Below are positions 57,201 to 64,000 of a stretch of DNA of 64,000 nucleotides, in pieces. The notes under the pieces are model-generated. The model worked only from the letters and a program-made list of their open reading frames with translations, had not been told where the DNA came from and made no database searches. The position numbers were made by a program, and so were the translations under genes. Origin of the DNA: Bdellovibrionota bacterium (lineage in GTDB: Bacteria > Bdellovibrionota > FAC87 > UBA2466). How positions within the stretch are numbered: position 1 is the stretch's first letter; each line of letters starts with the position of its first letter. The stretch covers positions 7,921 through 71,920 of the forward strand of contig JBGTAN010000040.1 of NCBI GenBank assembly GCA_041749855.1, written 5' to 3'.

Positions 57201-59296
57201 GTCTGACGCAACTTTCCAGCACTGCGCCAGCGCTGCATCGCGGGCGTCAAAATACGATTGATGAGGTTTTCGTAACTGAGTCCCGACCGCTCGGACATGA
57301 CGACTAGGTCGCTAAAGCCCGGCGTAAGTCCCGGCAAGGGATTGATCTCTAGGAAATAAATTCCGCCTTTGGAATCAATCTTAAAGTCTATTCGAGCCAC
57401 ATCCCGACATCCCAGGGACCGATAGACTTTGCGCGCAAAGGCCGCAATCTTTCTATCCATCTCCTTGCCAAGGCTCGCGGGGCACTCCAGCTGGAAGATA
57501 TTGTTCGAATCGTTCGGAAGGTTTTTCGCTTCGAACGAGTAAACCGGATACTGACCGGCATCGTGCAAAAATTTAATCTCCATCGGACCGATGAGGCGCA
57601 GCGTAGAGTTGCCCAAAACGCCAATCGTAAACTCCCGCCCCTCCACGTACTCCTCACAGAGCACAGGCTCGTGGAATCGGCCCCACAGCTCCTTAACGAG
57701 CACTTCGAGTTCCGCCTGATTCGAAACGACCGACTTTCCGCCAATCCCCTTCGACGTGCCTTCTTGATTGGGTTTCACAATCACGGGAAACGTCAGTCCG
57801 GGTTCGACCATCTTCCCGCCGGAATAAAGCCGATAGGCAGGCGTGAGCATCCCGTCCTGGCTTAAAAGCTTCTTCGTAATGGCTTTATCGAGTGTGATTG
57901 CCAAACACGTTGCGTCGCTCCCTGTGTGCTCCACACCGAGCAAATCGCAAATGGCGGGAACCTGCGCTTCTCGAGCGCGCTTATTCGAGCCTTCCGCGAT
58001 ATTGAAAACCACTTCGACATTCGCCGCTTTTAGGTTCTCGGCCAGCGTCTTATTCGCCTCAATACAAAGAATGCGTCCCACTTTCTTCTGCAAGACGGCG
58101 GCGATGGCATCGACTGTACTTTGAGAATCGAATTCGGCTTCGCGTTCGTAGTCGGGATCCCCGTGGCTCTTGCGCTTTAAGTTATAGACCAGCGCGACGC
58201 GCGGCATTTTGCTGGTAACAATGCGACGAGGGGATTTCGGGCTTTTGCCCAAGCGCTTCAAGCGAGAAAGAGCAGCGTCTAAGATCCTCAAAACCGTCTG
58301 ATCGTAGTCCAATCCGATCACTTTGGACGCTTCGAACACACCCGCACCCTGTTGGAGACTCGGCAAAGCGTTGAGTTCGAGGAAATAGATCTCCCCTTCC
58401 GGGGTGATTCTAAAATCCGCGCGTGCAAAATCCACAGCGCCCGTCACAGGAACAATGCGTTTCATCATCTCGATGAGTTGCGACCGCGTCGCGGGTTCCA
58501 GCTCCGCGGGGCAACGTACCGACACCGCATCATCATTGTGGTTTTTTAAGTCGTAGTCGTAAACATTGTCGCCGTACCCGATCTTGGGGGTGAGCACGTA
58601 TTCAATGGGTTCCAACACTCCCCCATCGCCAAGCCCCGCGATGTAGGGAACTGCAACGTCACGACCGAGAACAAATCGCTCCGCCAAAATCCCATGCGGG
58701 AAGGTCTTTAGACACTCCGCGGCGTAGGCGAGAAAAGCATCGGAGTCACGGCACACAGACCGCGAAGTAATCCCCTTACTCGATCCTTCATAGTTGGGCT
58801 TAACAAACACCGGATAGACCATGTCTGATGCGACGCTGGCCAGATCTTCTGGGCTGTTGATAAAGTACCCTTCGATGACGGGTACATTGCGAGTCGCGAC
58901 CATTTGCTTGGTCAAAAACTTATCCAGGGTCAGGAAACATCCATAGGGCCCCGAGCCGACGTATGGCAGCTGCAACTGCTCGAAAAGTGTGGGCCCTAAG
59001 CTTTCACGCCCAATGCCGTAATACCCCTCCGCGGTGTTAAAAACGATATCGGGCTTTAACTGGCAAAGCTGCTCGACCCAGTAACTTAAGCGGTCGGGCG
59101 AAGGCATCTCTAAATCAATGACTTCATGGCCAGCGCGGCTCAGAGCCCGATGGATGGCCCCGATCGTTTCGGGGGTATCAAACTCGGCCTGCTCAACGGA
59201 CTGGTCTCTTTTCAGATTATAAACAAACGCTATTTTCAATAGCCGCTCCTGGAGTAAGAAAGAGAAATGAAGCATTTTACCGACAAAGACAAACAT
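57197..59296 (-). CDS. tandem double ATP-grasp protein: two D-alanine--D-alanine-ligase-like modules in one polypeptide
   Basis: Each half ends with a Ddl-type C-terminal motif (module 1 ..GAVDFARADFRITPEGEIYFLELNALPSLQQG..; module 2 ..GCRDVARIDFKIDSKGGIYFLEINPLPGLTPGFS..). 4-nt overlap with the downstream DmpA-family gene. Confidence 0.7.
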   Translation of the reverse strand: MFVFVGKMLHFSFLLQERLLKIAFVYNLKRDQSVEQAEFDTPETIGAIHRALSRAGHEVIDLEMPSPDRLSYWVEQLCQLKPDIVFNTAEGYYGIGRESLGPTLFEQLQLPYVGSGPYGCFLTLDKFLTKQMVATRNVPVIEGYFINSPEDLASVASDMVYPVFVKPNYEGSSKGITSRSVCRDSDAFLAYAAECLKTFPHGILAERFVLGRDVAVPYIAGLGDGGVLEPIEYVLTPKIGYGDNVYDYDLKNHNDDAVSVRCPAELEPATRSQLIEMMKRIVPVTGAVDFARADFRITPEGEIYFLELNALPSLQQGAGVFEASKVIGLDYDQTVLRILDAALSRLKRLGKSPKSPRRIVTSKMPRVALVYNLKRKSHGDPDYEREAEFDSQSTVDAIAAVLQKKVGRILCIEANKTLAENLKAANVEVVFNIAEGSNKRAREAQVPAICDLLGVEHTGSDATCLAITLDKAITKKLLSQDGMLTPAYRLYSGGKMVEPGLTFPVIVKPNQEGTSKGIGGKSVVSNQAELEVLVKELWGRFHEPVLCEEYVEGREFTIGVLGNSTLRLIGPMEIKFLHDAGQYPVYSFEAKNLPNDSNNIFQLECPASLGKEMDRKIAAFARKVYRSLGCRDVARIDFKIDSKGGIYFLEINPLPGLTPGFSDLVVMSERSGLSYENLINRILTPAMQRWRSAGKLRQT

Positions 59297-59692
59297 CTTT
59301 TCATTCTCGCTAAAGGCGAGAAGCTGGTGGAGACACTCACGAGAGGTCTGGGAGAGCTAAACCTGGCAGGAGCGGTGATCTCCGGGCTAGGAGCACTTTC
59401 TCACGCGGAACTCGGCTACTACGAGCTTGCAACTCAATCCTACCTGCGAAAGACCTTCACCGATGAGTATGAGCTAATCAGTCTCACGGGCAATCTCTCC
59501 TTGAAAGACGGCGCGCCCTTTGTTCACGTCCATGCAGCGCTGGGAGACCGAGCTTTCAGTGTCTTCGGAGGCCACTTATTCGAGGCCGAGGTTGCCGTAA
59601 CGGCAGAAATTTCCGTTATTCCCTTGGCTATTGCTCCGGAAAGAGTGCTCGACCCCGCGATCGGGTTGGGTCTTATTTGCCGGCTAGGCTAA
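59267..59692 (+). CDS. PPC/DUF296-domain protein
   Basis: 141 aa; ..LVETLTRGLGELNLAGAVISGLGALSHAELGYY...APFVHVHAALGD.. resembles the PCC/DUF296 fold. Confidence 0.5.
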   Translation: MKHFTDKDKHLFILAKGEKLVETLTRGLGELNLAGAVISGLGALSHAELGYYELATQSYLRKTFTDEYELISLTGNLSLKDGAPFVHVHAALGDRAFSVFGGHLFEAEVAVTAEISVIPLAIAPERVLDPAIGLGLICRLG

Positions 59693-61034
59693 CGTTGGGA
59701 AACTTCCATTCCAGTACGAGGTCAGAACTGGGAACGGCGGGCTTTGCGCAATCGGTGAAAGCCACGTCGATGGTTTGTCCGTGGGTCATAAACCACATCT
59801 GCCGCAGACCTTCCTCATGCGCCACCACGCGGCCAAAGAGCATTCCCGGATAAAGCGGGTTCTCACAATTGCGAACTTGAATGCGCCGATAGGCTGATGA
59901 TGCCTTCGTCACCAACTCCAGCGTGGCGCGCTGCCCGTGGTGCCATTGGAACCATCCGAGCGCATGCAACCGCACTCCCACCGGCACTGCGGAAAAGAGA
60001 AGTACTACGGCAGCGAAAACCCCAACCACGTTTGGCTTGGGAAACCGTTGTTTTTGAAACGCCAGCGCCAGGAGCCAGAAGGTTCCCATCGTTAGGTACC
60101 ATCCCGGAGAAAAAAAGCCGTGCCCCACGTACACACTGAGCGACGCCGCCAGAAAAGGCAGGTACCACCCCCGCGTTTTCAAACCACTCAAGAAGGACCC
60201 GAGGGACTTCTTGTCCATCCAACGCAAAGCCAGTGTCCATACTCCCAAGGGCAACATCAAAGGAGCCGAGGAAATGCAAAGCGACCGAACGAGTTTCGCA
60301 AACGTATAGACGGGCAGGTAGCTGGGATTGACGGGCATCGCTCCCAGACGCAACACCAAATAGGCGGATCCCAGGACGATAAACGGAAGCAGCGCCAAGA
60401 GTCGCTTGCCCGGGCGCAACTGCGTGAGCCGCGGCTCGGCGAAAAGCATTGCTCCCAGAAACGCTAAGTGAAAAATCGCCGCTTCTTTGAACAAAAGCGC
60501 TGCTGCAAAGGCCGCAAGCGACACCCTCTGAAAGAATGCTTTGCCTGTGAGTCTTCCCTCCACGAAGGCCCAAGTACAAACCATCAGCAGAAAGACCTGC
60601 GGGACATTCATCAGCCCCTCGCCTACCCAGGTGAGACTGCCGAAGTGAATGGCAACCGAACTTGCGATGGCGACGCAGAACCACAACCCGCTGCGCACGT
60701 CGCCGGTCAAACGCTCGCAAATCCGCGCTCCGATTCCCAAAGTGACCAGGTAGAGCGCGACGAGTGTCGCCACCCAAAGTGCGTAGTGATAACCAAAAAG
60801 CCCGAAGAAGGCAGCGGCGAGAAACTTAAATCCCGGTCGAAAAAACCACGCAATCTCGGCACCGTCGTGAACCAGGGTTGGCCTCCATAGGTACCCCCAA
60901 CCTTCTTGGAGATAGCGAACCGAATTGCCGATGATCCACCAATCATCGTGGCGAAAAAAAACAAAAGGCAAAACCGCCGTGTAGAGCGCCGCCAAGGCGG
61001 CCAAACAGACCCACAAGCTGCGATGACTGGACAT
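59673..61034 (-). CDS. polytopic membrane protein, putative GT-C-fold glycosyltransferase
   Basis: 453 aa with at least 11 TM helices; N-terminal loop with ..FFRHDDWWIIGNSVRYLQEGWGYLWRP.. Confidence 0.45.
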   Translation of the reverse strand: MSSHRSLWVCLAALAALYTAVLPFVFFRHDDWWIIGNSVRYLQEGWGYLWRPTLVHDGAEIAWFFRPGFKFLAAAFFGLFGYHYALWVATLVALYLVTLGIGARICERLTGDVRSGLWFCVAIASSVAIHFGSLTWVGEGLMNVPQVFLLMVCTWAFVEGRLTGKAFFQRVSLAAFAAALLFKEAAIFHLAFLGAMLFAEPRLTQLRPGKRLLALLPFIVLGSAYLVLRLGAMPVNPSYLPVYTFAKLVRSLCISSAPLMLPLGVWTLALRWMDKKSLGSFLSGLKTRGWYLPFLAASLSVYVGHGFFSPGWYLTMGTFWLLALAFQKQRFPKPNVVGVFAAVVLLFSAVPVGVRLHALGWFQWHHGQRATLELVTKASSAYRRIQVRNCENPLYPGMLFGRVVAHEEGLRQMWFMTHGQTIDVAFTDCAKPAVPSSDLVLEWKFPNVSLAGK

Positions 61035-61274
61035 GGGAATAGTCTACTGTTCGCAAAGCACTTCGGCTAGTCAGGCACGAAGGGGGTGTATACACGCAGT
61101 ACACTTCCGGGGGTGTCTACACAGTAGCGCAGATTTGATCTAAATACTTGATATCGCTATCTTTTTTAGCTACCCCAGATCCATGCGCCGTCAGGTTCCC
61201 AACATCCTAGGCATTTGCGCATTGGCCCTTACGCACAACCACCCCAGGGCGCACTCTTTGCAATCTTGTGAAGC

Positions 61275-63233
61275 ATGAACATCTTGAAGAACGCTCAGCT
61301 TGTCCTCACCTTGGTAGTCGCTTTAGCGGCAACGAATTGCTCGCGCCGAATCATCAACGGCGATGGCAGAGACAACCAATCCGGCATTGAAGACTGCGTT
61401 GCGGTTACCGCCGAGATGATTCCCTTAAGTTTTTCTGGTTCGAGCATTACCCGGGGAACCGAGGTTCTTTGGCAGGTGACCGCCTCAGGTTGCGCTGCTT
61501 TCCGCCTCACCCGATCGGATGACGGCTCGATTCGTAGTTTTGCGAATAAGACCCATTTTACAAAGCGCTATACATCGGCGGCACAGCTCACTCGAGAAAC
61601 CATTCTCTTAACTCCGATTGCGGAAGATGGTTCCGCAGGTTCTGAAATGACCATTCAATCTGCTGCATTTACGGTGACAGGTAGCGGCGGCGGTGACGAT
61701 GGGGGTGATGTCAATGGTGACGATGAGGACGACACGAACGCTCCTTTGCTTTGCCGCGCGATTGCGGACTTCTCTACTCTAAATGCTCGCAAAAATGGTG
61801 CGAACTGGGATCCGGCCGCTCCTTGGGTTGGTTTCACTATCACGACGAATAAGCCGGCGTACTTGATGCCGTCAGGTGATTCGGTTGATACGACTTATTT
61901 CCCAAGCGGTATTCCTTCCGCTCAAGCTCTGACCTGGCACCGGGTAAACGGCCAGCTTCAAAAGGCGGACTTGAACGCGGTGGTATTTCGTGTGGCGCGC
62001 GCTTCCGATCCGACCGAGCAGGTCACTTGCGTCGCTCCGGTCAGCGTCAACATCGTACAGCCTCCGCCTCCGCCAGCTTTAAGCTGCAACGCATACGGCG
62101 TACCTGGATCCATTGCGGCTCCCGTGGGCGCATCGGGTAACTTACTGGCTCCGGTGAATGCAAATTTGCGCATCGATGCAAACCGTTTGACCTTTGTCAC
62201 GGGGGCTCGGCTTGCGGGCGTCCCTCACCCAGTCGCTTCTCAACCGTCTGCGAAACCGAGCCACAATCTCACGGTGGCTTTGAACACAACCGGATGGCAT
62301 GAAATTGAATTCGATATCGTCGATGGTGCGTCCGCCGGTGCCCCGGTGAGCTGCAGAGCAAACGTCTGGGTTTACGGCACTCAGCCTCCGCTCTACTGCG
62401 ATTTGCAGGGACCTGATAACATTTTCGTAGGCCAGGAAGCGGCTCTTCAACTCGTGGCCTACGGCCCTTACTACAATGGGAGCATCGACGGATTTGGCTA
62501 CGTACTGCCTGGAACGGGCAGACCTGTGGTTCAGCCCAAACCCGGATCGACGGTCACTTACGTCGGAAAAGTCGTAGGACCTCATGGAATCGGATACTGC
62601 ACCAAAACGGTAGTGGTGACTGTACCTCCGGTAAGCTGCCAGCTCATCGCTTCTGCGAGCTCGATTAACCCGGGGCAGACGGTAAAACTCAGCCTCTTGG
62701 CGCAAGGCACCTACCACGCCGCTCAAATTGACGTCCCTGGGGAAGGAACACGAAATGTTTTAAGCACGGCACTCTCAACGGATGTCACTTTGAACGATAC
62801 GGCTACTTTCACAGGTCGCTTGATTGGACCGACAGCGACGGCGATATGTACCCAAACGGTCGTCGTCAATCCGACTCTGGTGGGCGTGCATCTGGAGGAC
62901 TGGACAGATAACGACTATAACGACTCGGTTGTTTGCTTGAACGGCTACCTTAAGACCGTAGGCCAATACATCCTTTCCACGAAAACCCAGACGGTATCGG
63001 CCAATGCGTTTAAGTTTTCATCGCTGAACCATGACGTTCGGATCCGAGTCTTCGATTCCTTTGGTACCGTTCGCCAGACGATTGAGTACCAATCCTCGAG
63101 CAGACCGACTTTCAGCATCTATATGGAAAAGGACTGGAAGATTGAAGCGCTGTTTACGAGTCAGATCACTCACCGACAATACGACTCGAATCGTATACGC
63201 GTGAGCCCTTTCTGCACGACTTGGGGAAATTAG
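61275..63233 (+). CDS. large secreted lipoprotein-like protein with Ig-like repeat regions and DUF4114-like C-terminal motif
   Basis: Signal MNILKNAQLVLTLVVALAATNC; beta-rich repeats; C-terminal region carries ..LEDWTDNDYNDSVV.. reminiscent of DUF4114. Confidence 0.4.
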   Translation: MNILKNAQLVLTLVVALAATNCSRRIINGDGRDNQSGIEDCVAVTAEMIPLSFSGSSITRGTEVLWQVTASGCAAFRLTRSDDGSIRSFANKTHFTKRYTSAAQLTRETILLTPIAEDGSAGSEMTIQSAAFTVTGSGGGDDGGDVNGDDEDDTNAPLLCRAIADFSTLNARKNGANWDPAAPWVGFTITTNKPAYLMPSGDSVDTTYFPSGIPSAQALTWHRVNGQLQKADLNAVVFRVARASDPTEQVTCVAPVSVNIVQPPPPPALSCNAYGVPGSIAAPVGASGNLLAPVNANLRIDANRLTFVTGARLAGVPHPVASQPSAKPSHNLTVALNTTGWHEIEFDIVDGASAGAPVSCRANVWVYGTQPPLYCDLQGPDNIFVGQEAALQLVAYGPYYNGSIDGFGYVLPGTGRPVVQPKPGSTVTYVGKVVGPHGIGYCTKTVVVTVPPVSCQLIASASSINPGQTVKLSLLAQGTYHAAQIDVPGEGTRNVLSTALSTDVTLNDTATFTGRLIGPTATAICTQTVVVNPTLVGVHLEDWTDNDYNDSVVCLNGYLKTVGQYILSTKTQTVSANAFKFSSLNHDVRIRVFDSFGTVRQTIEYQSSSRPTFSIYMEKDWKIEALFTSQITHRQYDSNRIRVSPFCTTWGN

Positions 63234-63256
63234 GCTGAGCACGGTAGGACTCAGTT

Positions 63257-64000
63257 TCAGATGCAAGTGCTACTGCGCCCATAGCGCCGATCCATCCTAT
63301 CAGCCAGTTGAGTGAGATCGAGAACCGTTAGAAAATCCGTGCTTTCCATATAGGGATCAGCAGCGGGCATGCAAGCTACTTTGGCACCTGCCCGCAAGTA
63401 GGACCGAAACAAGGGCGGAAAAACTGAATCGGGTGGGGACGCAACTTCGACGCAATCGCGCAGGCCTTTCACTTCAGCGTGTGGGAGTGGGCGAATACGA
63501 TACTGGTCAGTGACATGTCCTTGTTTTTGGAGCGTGTTCCAGACTCCCGCGATCTCCTTAGGTTCTTGCGTTCGAATACTCGTTGAGCCAAACAAGGTCG
63601 ATGCCCCACACTGGCGGGCGTATTCGGCAATCCCTTTCCACAACAGCAACAAAGTGGCCCCCGTGCGATGCGAGGCCTCTATGCAGGCCCTGCCCAGCTC
63701 CAGCTTAGTGCCTTCTGAAGCGAGAAAATGCTCTAAGTGAAACCTCTTTCCCGCGTAGAAGTGAGATGAAAACTGCGAGCTTGTCAGGCGATAGCAACCC
63801 ACAGTTTGACCGGTGTTACGGCACACAATGACAAGCTGGTCACAAACAGCGTCAATCTCATCGATGTCGAGCCCCGAGGGCAGCGTTCGATTGCAATTCT
63901 CCAAATGAAATACTTGATGCCTAAGTTTGAGAACCGCCAAAAGTTCTGACCAGGTATTCGTAGTGCGAATGCAATAAGGGCCGGAGACCAGTTCGAGAGG
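63257..64000 (-). CDS. OlsB-like GNAT N-acyltransferase (ornithine/amino-acid N-acyltransferase family), 5' end beyond window
   Basis: ..LKLRHQVFHLENCNRTLPSGLDIDEIDAVCDQLVIV.. resembles the OlsB/N-acyl-amino-acid-synthase N-terminus. The reading frame is open from the TTG at 63938-63940 to the window edge. Confidence 0.55.
   Translation of the reverse strand, partial: PLELVSGPYCIRTTNTWSELLAVLKLRHQVFHLENCNRTLPSGLDIDEIDAVCDQLVIVCRNTGQTVGCYRLTSSQFSSHFYAGKRFHLEHFLASEGTKLELGRACIEASHRTGATLLLLWKGIAEYARQCGASTLFGSTSIRTQEPKEIAGVWNTLQKQGHVTDQYRIRPLPHAEVKGLRDCVEVASPPDSVFPPLFRSYLRAGAKVACMPAADPYMESTDFLTVLDLTQLADRMDRRYGRSSTCI

Overview
This 64-kb window is a chromosomal segment of a moderately GC-rich (roughly mid-50s %) Gram-negative bacterium. 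The lineage cannot be fixed from sequence alone; gene content and synteny fit a delta-proteobacterial or Bdellovibrio-like organism. Housekeeping blocks are conserved: miaA (5' partial), yicC-remA-gmk-rel, ispH, folD, lon, a complete ISC operon (iscR-iscS-iscU-iscA-hscB-hscA-iscX, with no fdx), mpl, yfgM-bamB, uppP and a tRNA-Ser(CGA). Accessory or unusual content sits between them. It includes a TolC-like outer membrane factor translationally coupled to an RND pump with no adaptor gene, and several secreted proteases (S8 subtilisin, a 956-aa metzincin-type lipoprotein, and a C25 gingipain-like cysteine peptidase). The C25 gene is followed by two tandem paralogous Cys-containing secreted proteins and a glutaminyl cyclase. 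Next to these is a Flp-pilin-like protein carrying a long Gly-rich repeat and a C-terminal membrane anchor. A frameshifted HigB-like (Gp49/DUF891) toxin gene is paired with an intact XRE antitoxin inside a small islet next to the tRNA-Ser. An IS1-family single-ORF insertion sequence with 11-bp terminal inverted repeats lies exactly between two convergent genes. A tandem double D-Ala-D-Ala-ligase-like ATP-grasp protein is translationally coupled to a DmpA/S58 peptidase. A 16-bp perfect direct repeat flanks a secreted hypothetical gene. The remaining genes are small secreted or coiled-coil hypotheticals. No CRISPR array or rRNA was seen. The strongest candidates for a novel system are the C25 peptidase/paralog/glutaminyl-cyclase/Flp-like cluster (42.0-47.1 kb) and the tandem ATP-grasp + DmpA module (56.0-59.3 kb). 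All calls rest on reading motifs by eye in the supplied translations; no database search was possible.
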